From Octopus vulgaris (lineage: Eukaryota), in the NCBI GenBank assembly GCA_951406725.2, contig OX597830.1, forward strand, positions 48,980,001-49,044,000: DNA of 64,000 nucleotides. Reading direction: 5' to 3'. A program made the translations under genes and the position numbers. The notes under the pieces were generated by a model, which was not told the DNA's origin, did not search any database, and was given only the letters and a program-made list of their open reading frames with translations. Numbering within the stretch: the stretch's first letter is position 1; each line of letters starts with the position of its first letter. Shown one piece after another: positions 12,801-27,438 of this stretch.

Positions 12801-13282
12801 ATATTTACTTGGTGTTCGCTTGATATGTGTAAGTCGAATAACAGCGACATGGATGAACATGTGTAAGAGATTTATTGCCCATTAATAAACTGTTAATAGA
12901 GAAATTCTTTGGCTTATACTGTTTGGGAAATGACAGGAAAACAGTTTATATAAGTATCCAAGTGGGCGGGAGTTAGTTCTCCTATAGACAACACAGGAAG
13001 GAGATTAAAATCTTTTATAGTTGTTTATAAGCACGTCGAAAAATGATATTGGTAGCAGACAACGTCTTGTATAAATGGGTAATAAAAATGGCATTTGAAA
13101 GTTTAAAATGGCTCTGTTTATAGTAAGTATTTGAGAAAGATATTGTTTCGAAACTATCGATCTCATTGGATACCATAATTCTTTTTACCTTAATTATTGA
13201 GAGAAAATTATAGTAGCATAATTATAGAAAAGCGAAAATTTTGAATTAATCAGATGTACGATCCAAAACAAGAAAATAATAA

Positions 13283-13535
13283 TTTCGGAGTTGATAAATT
13301 AAGTACCAGTTGCGTACTGGGATCGATCTAATCGACTGGCCCCCTCCCCCAAAATTTCGGGCCTTGTGCCTAGAGTAGAAAAGTTTGCGTTCTGAGTTCA
13401 AATTCCGCCGAGGTCGACTTTACCTTTCATCCTTTCGGAGTTGATAAATTAAGTACCAGTTGCGTACTGGGGTCGATCTAATCGACTGGCCCCCTCCCCC
13501 AAAATTTCGGGCCTTGTGCCTAGAGTAGAAAAGAA
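13283..13535 (+). mobile_element. 5'-truncated family-A SINE pair (duplicated 3' part)
   Basis: tttcggagttgataaattaagtaccagttgcgtactggg...gcctagagtagaaaag occurs twice, nearly identical. Confidence 0.85.
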
Positions 13536-13668
13536 TAACAATGACAATAATGATGATAATTAGCAGTGGAGTACCCGTGTAATTTCGTGATTGCTTTGCA
13601 CAGAGGAAAATGGTTGAAAGTTAATAGAGAACTATCGAATATATATTTAGATACAAAGACATATATTT

Positions 13669-13742
13669 ACACACACACACATACACACACACGCACACAC
13701 ACACACACACACACAGACACACACAGACACACAGACACACAG

Positions 13743-13775
<33 letters not shown>

Positions 13776-13784
13776 CACACGCAC

Positions 13785-13823
<39 letters not shown>

Positions 13824-13913
13824 CACTCATATACACGCTGAATACGTTAGGAATCACCTTTCATCTAACCATTATTTTATAGACTATTTTTATAGTCTTC
13901 AAAAATACTTTAA

Positions 13914-13993
<80 letters not shown>
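13669..13993. repeat. (CA)n and (GA)n/(GATA)n microsatellites
   Basis: Direct observation. Confidence 0.93.
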
Positions 13994-14170
13994 CGGGAGG
14001 GGGGGAGTAAATGAGGGAAATGAAATAACGAGAAACTCAGTAACGTCGCAACTTTATTACGTTTCGATTTCTTCCTTTCTCCTCTCTATCTCTCTATCGC
14101 TTTCATCCTTTCAACTCTTTACTCTTTTCTTTGCTTTGTTAATAAACTCTTATTCGGCCTCATACTTAGA

Positions 14171-14205
<35 letters not shown>

Positions 14206-14292
14206 AATTCTATTCTCGTTACGACTCGCTGCGAACTTTATCCATCCGTCTTCACTCCTACTCTTTGACTTATCAGTATAAACATTATCACC

Positions 14293-14696
14293 TCTTTCTT
14301 TACTACCCACAAGGAGCTAAACACAGAGGAGACAAACAAGGACAGACAAACGGATTAAGTCGATTATATCGACTCCAGTGCGTAACTGGTACTTTATTTA
14401 TCGACCCCGAAAGGATGAAAGGCAAAGTCGACCTCGGCGGAATTTGAACTCAGAACATAACGGCAGATGAAATACCTATTTCTTTACTACCCACAAGGGG
14501 CTAAACACAGAGGAGACAAACAAGGACAGACAAACGGATTAAGTCGATTATATCGACTCCAGTGCGTAACTGGTACTTTATTTATCGACCCCGAAAGGAT
14601 GAAAGGCAAAGTCGACGTCGGCGGAATTTGAACTCAGAACGCAGCGGCGGACGAAATGCCAGAAAGCATTTCGCCCGGCGTGCTAACATTTCTGCC
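14293..14696 (-). mobile_element. Family-A SINE head-to-tail dimer
   Basis: Two ~183-bp near-identical units and one head. Perfect 13-bp TSD aaacattatcacc (14280-14292, 14697-14709). Confidence 0.92.
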
Positions 14697-14761
14697 AAAC
14701 ATTATCACCGCCATCAGCACCGATTCGCAATAACACGACTTATTTTCTCTAGCTTTTATTC

Positions 14762-14799
<38 letters not shown>

Positions 14800-15007
14800 T
14801 GTGCGTATGCGGGTATCTATATATATATCATTCTTACTTTGCTTTCTTTCTCTTTCTCTACCTTTCTTCATTCACTATTATCTACAACTCGGCCTCCACT
14901 CTATATCTACCAACTGTTTATTTTTTTCTATTTCATTTATTTCTCTTAACAAAACGTAATAACGTACTATTGTTCTAACACATAGATATCAATAGTAATA
15001 ACAATAA

Positions 15008-15423
15008 TTTTGGTCTCCTATAAACATTAAGCCTGAATTATCGTAGACAGGGGTTAGTCGATTACATCGACTCCAGTGCTCATCTGGTACTTATTTTGAT
15101 GACTAACGGCCGGAAGAAATGTTATTTTGTGTCTGACGTGCTAACGATCCGGCAAGCTCGTCACCTTAGTAGGAAAAGTAGTAGTTGTGATGGCTTCTAA
15201 TTTCGGCACCAGACCAACAATTTCGGTGGAGAGAGATAATCGATTACATCGACCCCAGCGCTGAACTGGTACTTATCTTATCGACCCCGAGAGGATGAAA
15301 GGCAAAGTCAGAATGTAAAGACGGATGAAATGCCGCTAATCATTTTTACCGGCGTGTTGACGATTCTGTCAGCTCGCCGTCTTTATTATTATTATTATTA
15401 TTAGTAGTAGTAGTAGTAGTAGC

Positions 15424-15467
<44 letters not shown>

Positions 15468-15657
15468 CAGTGGTAGTAGTAGTAGCAATATCAATGGTTT
15501 CAAATTTTGGCACAAGACCAGCAACTTAAGGGAGGGGGCTAGTCGATTGAACTGGTACTTATTTTATCGACCCCGAAAAGTTGAAAGGTAAAGTCTACCT
15601 TGGCGGAATTAATAAGCGGATGATAAGCCGCTACGCATCTGGCCAGCTCGCCGCCAC
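15008..15657 (-). mobile_element. Three decayed family-A SINEs separated by (TAG)n/(ATT)n
   Basis: Repeated actggtacttattttatcgaccccga and gctcgccgcc motifs. (TAG)n at about 15402-15485. Confidence 0.75.
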
Positions 15658-16249
15658 TGCAGTGGTGGCAATACATTAGGTTAACCACGTTTCATGTGTG
15701 GGATGTGTTCTCTTGTATTGTTTGAACGTTTAGAGGGCTGAAGTTTCATAAAAATACTGATAGCTGTGCAATCCTCAATCCAGTAGCTTCTTATGTTTAT
15801 AATAAAGCAAGTCTAGTAAATTTGATACATATAACAAAGTGAGTGGAACTGGAATTCTAAATGGAGGTCCATCATTAGGTGTGGTTAGTTTAATGGTTAT
15901 GAGACGCAACCCGATGTAGTCCGGCTATTTCAAAGGACTTAGGTGATAATGCAGTTGTTGTGAACTGTTGAAATCCTGTATCGCGAGTTGAGTAAAAGGG
16001 TCTTATTTGATGTAAAGGAACAAAGAGTTTGTCAGAAAAATGAATTGGTTGACTGAATTAGAACACGAAGGATAAAGCAAAGGGTGGCCTTTGGGTATGA
16101 AGTCGAGGTATTCCGACGGCAATGTAGAACAAGACAGTGATGATGATGATGAGGAGATGGAAGTAACCGAGGATAGAGACGACGTATTAAGGAAAAATGA
16201 TAATGAGTTAAGTGAAGGTGATTAAATGATAGTGATACAGATAGCTGAA

Positions 16250-16640
16250 ACATTGGCTTTGGTGCGTATAAATGTTTGGAAAATGCTGGAAGATATAGAC
16301 TGAATGAAATTACGAAGGAGATTAATGGAGTCATCAATTATATTATCACAGACGTTGAAAGAGAAACACAATTTGTTAAGAGCTGCGACTACATATGTAG
16401 CAAATAAGATTGAGCTGAAGGATACAAGGAAGAAAATCAAATGGAAAGAACAGTGGTAGAAAAGCAGGATGTTAAGAAATATAGAGATGGAGAGAACAAA
16501 AATTAATGTTTTGGAAAGAAAAAAAAAAGTTCTTTTGAAATATAAAGGGGAATTTTTACTGAAATAAATAGGAAGTACAGCGTAAAACATATAAAGAAGA
16601 AACATCTACTAATGGCGATAGAGGAAATAAAACAAGTTTG
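16250..16640 (+). mobile_element. Decayed R4/Dong-like non-LTR retrotransposon ORF fragment (pre-RT region)
   Basis: Reads RYRLNEITKEINGVINYIIT / NLLRAATTYVANKIELKDTRKKIKWKEQW*KSRMLRNIEMERTKINVLERKKK, resembling the 'VN.V...I.T..ETN.L..AA...VA......EPWWKRR...I...R..I..LE' region of R4/Dong elements. Confidence 0.5.
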
Positions 16641-16718
16641 CGAATGTAGTTAGAGCAGGAGTTAAGTGGAAATATCAAAGGAATTTTAGTTCTATGGGTG
16701 GAAAAAACACGATCTGTC

Positions 16719-16719
16719 T

Positions 16720-16752
<33 letters not shown>

Positions 16753-16826
16753 CCACCACCACCACCACCAACAACAACAACACCACCACCACCACCACCA
16801 ACAACAACACCACCACCACCACCACC

Positions 16827-16861
<35 letters not shown>

Positions 16862-16886
16862 TAATAATAATAATAATAATAATAAT
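16719..16886. repeat. Compound (CAA)n/(CAC)n/(AAT)n microsatellite
   Basis: Direct observation. Confidence 0.96.
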
Positions 16887-17828
<942 letters not shown>

Positions 17829-17897
17829 AATAATAATAATAATAATAATGATAATAATAATAATAATAACAATAATAACAATAATAACAATAATAAC

Positions 17898-17947
<50 letters not shown>

Positions 17948-18878
17948 GATGACGACAATGATGGTAACCAGTGAATTAGCTTCTATGCTATACAGGAATA
18001 TCTTTTGGAAATTGTAAGTTCCTTTACCGCATTTTTATAGGTCAACACACTCGTAATGCCACCAAAGTTCTCTCACCTTTCTCACTCACCCACGCTCTCT
18101 TTTCCAAGAACTCTTTTTATTTAACTATATTGTTCAAAAATGGCTGCATTCTGAGTTCGTTTTTGATATATTTCAACGCTTTATTTATCCACATCTGTTC
18201 TTTCTTTTATCAAATTTGTTTTTTCATTCCCTGATTAGGAATATTCACTTTCTAACAATTATTTCAATGATATTTTTTTTCTCAAAATCTCAAGTCTCAG
18301 TTTATCTCTTTTCATTTGAAAAATACATATTTACTATCATTCCTCTCACGTCTTCTCCATTTCCCCCAGCAGGCAACCGACCTATTCTACGTCATAATTC
18401 CAAGCCGTTAACATAAGAATATCAGCAATACAATTATTTTGACCTATTGTCTCAGACATTCTCTGACAAATTATGAAACTTCATTTTTATATTTCTTAAT
18501 AGCATTAACTTGAAAAACAAAATAGTATTTCCTTTGTAAGACACTGCCCTTTCATATCTCGAGTGTCTTTCTGATTGCTCATATTTCTCTACCCTCCTCA
18601 TCTCTCTTTTTCTCAGTCGTTTTTTTTTTCCATTCTTTCTTTCGTTTTTTTCCTGCCTTCGCTGGTTTTGATTGAAATCTGATTGTTCTCATTATTATCT
18701 TATTATGAGACCATTTATATTCAGAGTTCATTGATTTTCTTTTCTTTGTTCTACTCCGTATATTGACCTCTTTAATGCGTACAAATACACTGCATACACA
18801 CGCACACATCGCATACATACGCACACCTGTAATCATCATATTGAGTTACACACACACACACAATATTTATATTCATGT

Positions 18879-19073
18879 ATCTTTTATCTTTTAGTCATTC
18901 CAGTCATTAGACTGCGGCCATGCAAGGGCACTGCGTCGAAGAATTTTAATCGAATGAGTCGACTCCAGGACTTATTTTTTGAAGACTGGTACTTAATCCT
19001 ATCGTTCTTTTCTGCCGAACCGCTATGTTACGGGAACGTAAACACACCAGCTGCAGTTGTTAAACAGTGGTGG

Positions 19074-19131
<58 letters not shown>

Positions 19132-19294
19132 AATATATACCCGATAGGCTTCTTTCAGTTTCCGTCTACCGAACCACTGACACGCATTTGGTCGGCCCGA
19201 GGCTATAGTAGAAGGCGCTTGTCCAAGTTACCACGCAGTGGGACTGAACCCGGAGTCTTGTGGTTGGGAGACAAACTTCCTACCACCCAGGCAT
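18879..19294 (-). mobile_element. Family-B (CORE-like) SINE with internal (TA)/(TG) microsatellite
   Basis: Reverse complement of the 45238-45630 element (gactgcggccatgc, gccgaaccgcta, ttctttcagtttccgtctacc, cacgcagtgggactgaacccgg). Confidence 0.85.
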
Positions 19295-21520
19295 TCGTAT
19301 ATTTATATTGTAAAATTCGGTTTGGCTGGCACTGCAAATTTCGCCTACTGTTTCATCCGGCCGATGGCTATGTATGCATATATTATGAAAGTGACTAAGA
19401 ATATTTTTGTATGCTTGTGTATACACCCCGTATATACAATTGCATTGTTCACTAAGTATGTGTGTGTTGTGTGTGTGTTTGCGTGTGTGTGTGTTTGTGT
19501 GTTTGCGCGTGTATATGTGTTTGTGTATATTGTATGTGTGCGTGCAAAATTTTGATAAGGATTTCTGCAATATTCCTATAAGTTAGCATTGTTATGTTCA
19601 GAGTAAACACAATTCTGTATAGAGTAGTATAAAGTTGATGTTCATTATTGAAGTGGTTAAGCTATACCCCTTCACCGGACGTCGGCTGCTTCAGTTTATT
19701 CTCACCATTCTTTCTTTGACGTTGTATACTTTCTTTGGAATATATTTCTCTCTGCATTTCTATTGCTATTATTCACTCCTAAAAAATAAACGACGTTATT
19801 GTCCACATTAAAAACCGCATGTAAATGTTTTACAATTTCAGTGTTATACTGTATTTAAAGTTTAAATTTAATTTCAAAAATTTTATTCAGATTTAAAGGG
19901 ATAGACATACAGATAGATGCATAACAAGGGACTTATCTCTATATGTACTTTATTGTTTTCGGGTTCGATTCCATGGTGCGGTGTTTTTTCTATTGTTTCA
20001 GTGTGATCAATGGCTTTAAGTGGAATTTAGTTGACAAAAACTGTGCAATCATGCCATGCAAAAATGTGTGTTTCTGTTTCTCTCGATGTGTATTTGGCAG
20101 CGTATATAGAGCATCAGGACATATCCATAAACGTGAAAACCTGGCTTAGCCATTCGGAAAATAGAGATAAATAAAATTAAAAGTAGACTGGAATTTGTAT
20201 TAGAATCGATGCCATGCACTAAATACTTCTGAAAGTAGCATGGCAGCAGCTTAATGAGAGAAACCTGAAACAGAATAAAAGAAACAGATTAGTTTTTGTA
20301 ACTGGGAATCTCAATCAATCTCATTTTCCGATTTTAACAAAGTTATAGGAATTAGGAATTGAGCAAATGAGATTTGATTTTGAAAAGAGGAAATCACTGC
20401 CCTAATTACTGAATAGTAAATAATTACTAAGTAACTAAATAGTATATTACATACAGGGGTCTCTACCTAACACATTACTCCTTAATAGTTGATCTTGATA
20501 GTTGTATATATTCTGCCCCGTTATTGTAATCGTAAGACGACTAATTTTAATTGATATTACAACAGTAATTATAAGGGAGATCCTTAACATTATACCCGTA
20601 ATGAGGAAGGAAATAATTAACGTAGGGAGACAACCCGGAGTTTAAATTAATTTTAATTAGATAAAATGATGTGGTGTCGGTGCCTGATGTTTTATGTGGT
20701 AAAGATTTACTGCTATAAAGGGAGATAATGTAACTGAATCGCAATTACGAAGCAGGTACTAAAAGAGGAGGGAGAGCTGAACAGCGGAAGGTCTTCAGAA
20801 CAGAAACTCTCCTCATGTAACTGTTTTGGCCCTTTACGCCTAACACTGTAAGGGGGCCGGCCTGTATCAAATAATGATCCTTGTTACCCATTCTTCGCCA
20901 GCATTCCAACCCTCCCTCATTTATTAAATTAATAATTTGTTCTTCTGTTTACGAGTGTAATTCTAATTAGTTTTTTTAAAACCTACTATATCAAATATAT
21001 TACCATCAAGTTTATTACTTGTTTTACAAGCTACAGACATCCCCGAGTCAATTTCTCCGAGGAACCTTCATGTATTACTCGATATTTGCCGACGTATTCT
21101 TATAAGTTAATGAAGGAGGGACAGTGACCATGATAATTTAAGCATCTTCCAGATTACCGAGGGCGATTCTAGATAGTTCCTCTTATGAGAGGATAGAGCA
21201 TTTTGAATAGTGATTGCTGTTCTATAATATTGTGCTGAGTGAAAGTTGACCAGGCACCCACCAGTGAAACCACAGTGCATGTTGCTTTACTCGAAGGTAA
21301 CGTAAGTGAAATCAACCCTTTCGTGAACTGGGTACGCAGCGCTATTATCTTTCACTTACGGAACATAAAAATTGGGTTATAAACTCAAACGTTACTATTT
21401 TGTCACTGGACTAAACATATTTGAAAAGATTTTATCAGTAACAAATGTAAAATATTTAGGCACAGAAAAAATATTTCATATTCATACAACCCAACGTTCT
21501 ATATAATATCCTTTGATATA

Positions 21521-21915
21521 CAGTGGGGGGAAATAAATATTCGTACATGTCAAAATTCTTTATTTATCTAATTTCTAATGAACATAAATGGGATATGCCA
21601 ATACTATACTTGCATACACATGCATAAACTAAGAATAAGCAAAAGAAACTAATAAATTATAGTTACTAAGGAAGTTACGAAGTATTAAATCAGAATTATC
21701 AGTTATTTATGTTCTGTACGAATATTTTTTTACCCCTAAATATTTATGATTGTATATAAATTCCTTAGTAACTATAATTTATTAGTTTCTTTTGCATATT
21801 CTTAGTTAATGCAGCTGTATGCAAATATAGTATTGGTATATCCCATTTATGTTCATTAGAAATTAAATATATAAAGAATTTTGACATGTACGAATATTTA
21901 TTCCCCCCCCCACTG
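21521..21915. mobile_element. Tc1/mariner-type MITE with ~150-bp terminal inverted repeats
   Basis: TA|cagtggggggaaataaatattcgtacatgtcaaaattcttta...taaagaattttgacatgtacgaatatttattcccccccccactg|TA. Arms about 21521-21673 and 21761-21915. Confidence 0.92.
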
Positions 21916-21924
21916 TAAGTACAT

Positions 21925-22525
21925 GACCTAAAATATTTGAGGAGGGGATAGTCGATTATATCAACCCTAATACTTGACTGATACTAGTTTTATCAACCCC
22001 AAAAGAACGAAAGGTAAAGTCGAATTCTGAGGAATTTGAACTCAGAACTTAAAGCCGGAAGAAATACCTATTTCTTTACTACCCCCAAGGGGCCAAACAC
22101 AGAGAGGACAAACAAGGACAGACACACGGATTAAGTCGATTATATCGACCCTAGTGCGAAACTGGTACCTTTTTAATCGACACCGAAAGGATGAAAGGCA
22201 AAGTCGACCTCGGCGGAATTTGAACTCAGAACGTAACGGCATTTCGCCCGGTGTGCTAACGTCTCTGTCAGCTCGCCGCCTTAAAAAATATATATTTCTT
22301 TACTATCCACAAGGGGCTAAACATAGAGAGGACAAACAAGGACAGACAAAAGGATTATGTCGATTATATCGACACCAGTGCGAAACTGGTACTTTATTTA
22401 TTGACCCCGAAAGGATGAAAGGCAAAGTCGACCTCGGCGGAATTTGAACTCAGAACTTAAAGCCGGAAGAAATAGCGCTAAGCATTTAGCTCGGCGTGCT
22501 AACGTTTCTGCCAGCTCGTCGCCGT
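21925..22525 (-). mobile_element. Family-A SINE multimer/stack
   Basis: Three cores and two heads (ending about 22282 and 22524) on the minus strand. Confidence 0.88.
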
Positions 22526-23345
22526 AATGTTCTATAAAATATCGATTTAGGATTGCAGTCGATTATATCGTATAGAAACGTTCAATACTAGAGTAGCTGA
22601 TAAATAGCAACACTAATTGTTGTAAAAGTGTTATGATTTAAGTGAATCCTTCGGTATGTAACTAGTAATGAAGGTTATCAGCCACTGCAGAGGTTCCCTT
22701 CAGTATCTCTATAGACGTGTTTAAATAAAAAAACATTAAAAGACTTGTTATTACGTCACTCTAATATTTCTCCGATACCGAACTGTAAAGTTCCAGCCAA
22801 AAACTGGAACAAACCATTCCAAACACTGAAAATTGTTTTAATTTTCTCGTATATTTTATAGGTTGCAATAAAACACAAGAGAAAATTCAATCAGGTGAAA
22901 ACACCTGCGTCTTAACGTTAGTTAACGATTTCTTTAAGACCTGACGCTTCGTCGATTGTTCTTTTATTTCACAAAGAGAATCTAATTCTATATCTTTAAA
23001 TCTCTATTTCTATGCTTCCATCCGAGATGTTTCTCCTTCCCAATATTAAGGAAAATATTTGAATTCCAAAACAGAAAATATCAAAGTGTAGTATGTCATT
23101 TCATGAGAAAGGGGTCCAATCGTATAGCGGTCATTACCCAGTCATTCATCTAATGCTCTCTAGGTTGGCTTGCACTTTTATCATATCTAACTTGTTGAAT
23201 TGAAAGATTCGCCGTCCACCGACTCGATTCCGTTTAAAGACTTCGATTCCATTATAATATTAATCCCTTTACTCCTAACAATATTTGTAATTCTACACGA
23301 ATACAACCATTCAAATAGAATTGGCCCCAAAATGATAATATCTAT

Positions 23346-23509
23346 TTAACCCTTTCGATACCAACCCGCCTGAAACCGCCTCTGGCTCTGCAGTACAAAT
23401 GTCTTGTTTTCAATAAGTTTTGAATTAAAATCTTCCACCGAACGTTAGTCACAATTTATGTTCCTAACACTAACTGAATAATAACTAAATAATTTTACTA
23501 AATTCTTTG
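23346..23509. mobile_element. piggyBac-like non-autonomous element, one end only
   Basis: TTAA|CCCTTTCG start is typical of piggyBac termini. No clean AAGGG|TTAA partner is visible. Right boundary is a guess. Confidence 0.45.
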
Positions 23510-24545
23510 CCAGATATTGTCGGCTACTAGTATTAAAGCGTTGTCTGTTGGTTTGAGGTTCAGGGTTTTGGTCTTCCTATAAACCATAGTAGAAACACTC
23601 AACCATAGCTTATCAGGGGCATTCTTTACTACTTCACAAAATCAATTGAAAGGGATTAAATTAAAAAACGTATGAGACGACAGTAATAGTGAAAAGTTTT
23701 GTCATAAATGTCCGCAAGAAGCGTAGCCATTTGTATCTGATCTGTATTTTATTAATTCATGGATAAAGAAATGGAAAGTTGCTCTCCGCAGGATTTGAAT
23801 TTAGTACACAACGGACTCGGTCGAGAAAATTTGACGTATTCACTTCCCTAAAATTTGCAACCAGTTCTTTCTTTCTTCTAATCCTGTTGGTATTGACTTT
23901 TTCTTTATTTTATTTCTGCAGTTAATGCAATAAGTTACTAGTTATTCAAATATAAAAGTGTTGTCTTTGAAAGTTGCATTTAATAAAAGTCACAAACCCG
24001 CAGCCATTGAAAGGAAGTGTGACTTAATAATTTAATTATCAACCGAATAGTTTCCAAGGTGATTTTCATTGATTAGTAAATACATATATTTTCAATGTTA
24101 TTAACTTGTTCTAAACTCGCGGGCTTTTAGAATTTTATGAATAACAGAAAAAAATATTTACATTTACAATATTAAAATCATTTGTTATAATATATAATTG
24201 AATTTGAAATAATCTCAACTTTTTGAAATCTTATACTTCATCCAAATTATGCTGATGGCTCATAGATAATTTTTCTTTTACTATTTTCTGAACCATGGAA
24301 CCAACCTTTCTTGGTTTCCCCTTTCTTCCTATCCTTCACGCATTCTCTCCATTAAACTGAAGTAAATTAAATAAACTTACTTAACAATAAAACAAAATCA
24401 AATTTAGAGAGAACCACAATTTATTCCGAACGTATTGCTCAGTTCAACTAATTCAGAATATTAAAAAGCGGATCTCAATTGGATCATTGCCCTGCCAGTA
24501 ATTAGCAGTTCTTTTACTTTGGTGATGTAATAACATATTAATTTG

Positions 24546-24554
24546 CACGCACAC

Positions 24555-24631
<77 letters not shown>

Positions 24632-24696
24632 CACACACGCACACACACATACACAAACGCACACACACGCACGCACGCATGCACGCACGCACGCAC
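24546..24696. repeat. (CA)n/(CACG)n microsatellite
   Basis: Direct observation. Confidence 0.96.
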
Positions 24697-26293
24697 GTAG
24701 TTATACCGCTTTTTTTGTATTGGATCCTAATTCAAAGTTCATGCAACAGAATGGAACTTCCAACAGTCTTCCACCGAAACAAAACAGAATGATTGCTTCC
24801 ACAGAGTATAAATGTGGTTTGAAATGGTAAAGCAAGCATCTGTTTACAGATGTTAGAATAGGGGCCATGAGTCCTTGCATCTAATTATAAACATTTTAGG
24901 AGTCAGCTACTTCCCTTGCGTAGGTTAAAGCCAAGAAATTGCTTTAACCTACACAAGGGTAGGTTAAATATACTTTTCTGTATATCTTCCGGCTTTATAT
25001 GTTCTAAGTTCAAATCACGCCGATGTCAACCTTTCATTACAACCTTTGGGGTAGATAAAAATAACTTACTGTCCAGATTTCATCTCAGCGAATTAGAAAA
25101 CAGGGTATACATAAATAACTATATTGTCGTATCTAAGGATAACCTGTCACGGCGTCTGACAATGTCAGAAACATAGAAAAAAGTTGTCGACAGTTAGATC
25201 TCTCGGAAACTCTCCGGTCCAGAGTACTATGTGACGTAAAACTTTTCTATATTTTTCTCGGTCCTACTCGAAACACTCTCATCCGTCAGGTCTCTTTATA
25301 CTATAACAAAGACATGAGAATCTGGGTACTTTAATGGACTATCCTAAAAAATTAGGAAGACTCCCATCATGAGGAGACACCATCTTAAAATGCTCAGACT
25401 CAGTTCGGTGTAACGTTGTCATGAACAATAAATTAGTCTTGCATTGGGAAGCAATACATCCTAAAAGTTACCCATGTGATGTTAGCTTCAATTTAAAGAA
25501 AACCATTGAAGGTTGGAACAGCGTACCATCCGCTTGCTATGAGGCTTGAACTCACAGAACAAAACTACAATTGTGAAAAAATGGACTGAAGATAGATTCC
25601 TCTAAAAATAAGAGAAAACGCCGAATATGTTTTGGCCTACAGCAATTCGATTACGTTATGGAGGTATTCAAATGAGATGACTTTAGCAGGTGAGGTTATT
25701 AAGTTAAACTCGACCTGGGTCAATATTGAGAGAAACCTATATAAGTTACTATGAAGGAGATAGAAGCGTAACCGAAAAGATAGAGTTTGCTGTTGTATTT
25801 AATATTTTCATATAGATACAACAACTTAAAGACGAGGTGTCCCGCTTATGATATTCTACTTGGTTCGCTTCAGTAAAGCAAAGCAGAGGTTATTCCAGTG
25901 CTTCAAGGAGACAAAGTGAAGTCTAATCCATTTTAAAGCGTTTCATTTCAGAATATAAAGTCAATATGATAAGTTATTAGTATTAGAATAAAACGAATTT
26001 AATGTTCGATATGAGATTTTTAATGATTTATTTGATGGTTGAAGTGTGAAGAAAGATAATTTTCACACTTTTATAACGTCATATCATTCTCCGGAAGATT
26101 TCATTTTGATTTTAACCTTTCCATATTGTTTTGTAATACGTACACTTACGCATCAAACACACACACACACACGCATATATTTATATATTCATACATCCAT
26201 TTCATTTGGAGATAATCCGGCTACTAATATTGCACTTAGAAATGCTATTAAATCTAGCTAATTTATCTTGTTCTCATTCTAAACGCCATTGAA

Positions 26294-26382
26294 TCTTCTT
26301 CTTCTTCTTCTTCTTCTTCTTCTTCTTCTTCTTCTTCTTCTTCTTCTTCTTCTTCTTCTTCTTCTTCTTCTTCTTCTTCTTC
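26294..26382. repeat. (CTT)n microsatellite
   Basis: Pure trinucleotide run. Confidence 0.98.
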
Positions 26383-26857
26383 TCTTATGTCGTACATTAA
26401 ACATCCAAATATCATACGAGACAAGTATATCCGGATGCACGTAATAAACTCTTTAAATCAGTAAAGAAGTTTATTAGGTGCATCTAACTTTCCCCCTCTT
26501 CCTCCATTCATGTAGCGTTGCATTCTAAGCATGAAATATGTTCGGTTTTGATAATATTTCATAATTTATGAAAGACAATTAAAGGATAAGAAGTTAAAGA
26601 TGAAATATCCGGGGAAATTAAACCATAATACGTAACTTGTAGATTTATTAGAATATTTCCTACAGAACGCCATTTTATGAACTTGACATTGAGAAATAAA
26701 AAGAAAAGAAAAGACAAACAAAAGACTAAATGCAAAAAAATGCGATAGTTCCCATATTAAAGAATTTCAGAATATAGCTCGAGATATGTCCCTGTTATAA
26801 GTGACAATTCTGTTATTGCTATTTCGGTACATTTTTACTGCTTATCCTGTTTACATA

Positions 26858-27438
26858 GATCGATCTAATCAACTTACCTCTTCCCTCGAAGTTGCTGGCC
26901 TTTTACCGATATTAAAAGCTATTATTATGACAGAGCGAAAGCAAATTCACTTTCAAAAAGTTGCCAAGGGATCGTAAATAGGACTAAAATTGTTGGAAAC
27001 CGCTAGCTTAAATATTCTTCATGATCTCAATAACATTGTAACTTCCTGTTCCCACCCTTTAACACTGTTGACTTCCTGTTCACGAATTGGGTCAATATGA
27101 ACAATTTGAAGATAAATGAGTTCCCCCAGGTTTACCTGCTTTCGTCAAACAGGCTAAAGAGTAACTGCACAAACGATTCCTAGCAGCCTGCAGGTAACAA
27201 TACTTCCTGGAGAGAAATCTGTTAAATATAGATTCTCTAAGTAAGCAATTTTATAGTTTCTTAGACTGAGATCATGAAGAATATTTAAGCTAGCGGTTTC
27301 CAACAATTTTAGTCCTATTTACGATCTCTTGGCAACTTTTTGAAAGTGAATTTGCTTTCGCTCGGTCATAATAATAGCTTTTAATATCTGCACAAGGCCA
27401 GCAACTCCGAGGGAGGAGGTAAGTTGATTAGATCGATC
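26858..27438. repeat. Inverted duplication: ~172-bp arms, ~237-bp spacer
   Basis: 26858-27029 is the reverse complement of 27267-27438 with few mismatches (e.g. cgctagcttaaatattcttcatgatctca / tgagatcatgaagaatatttaagctagcg). Confidence 0.93.
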
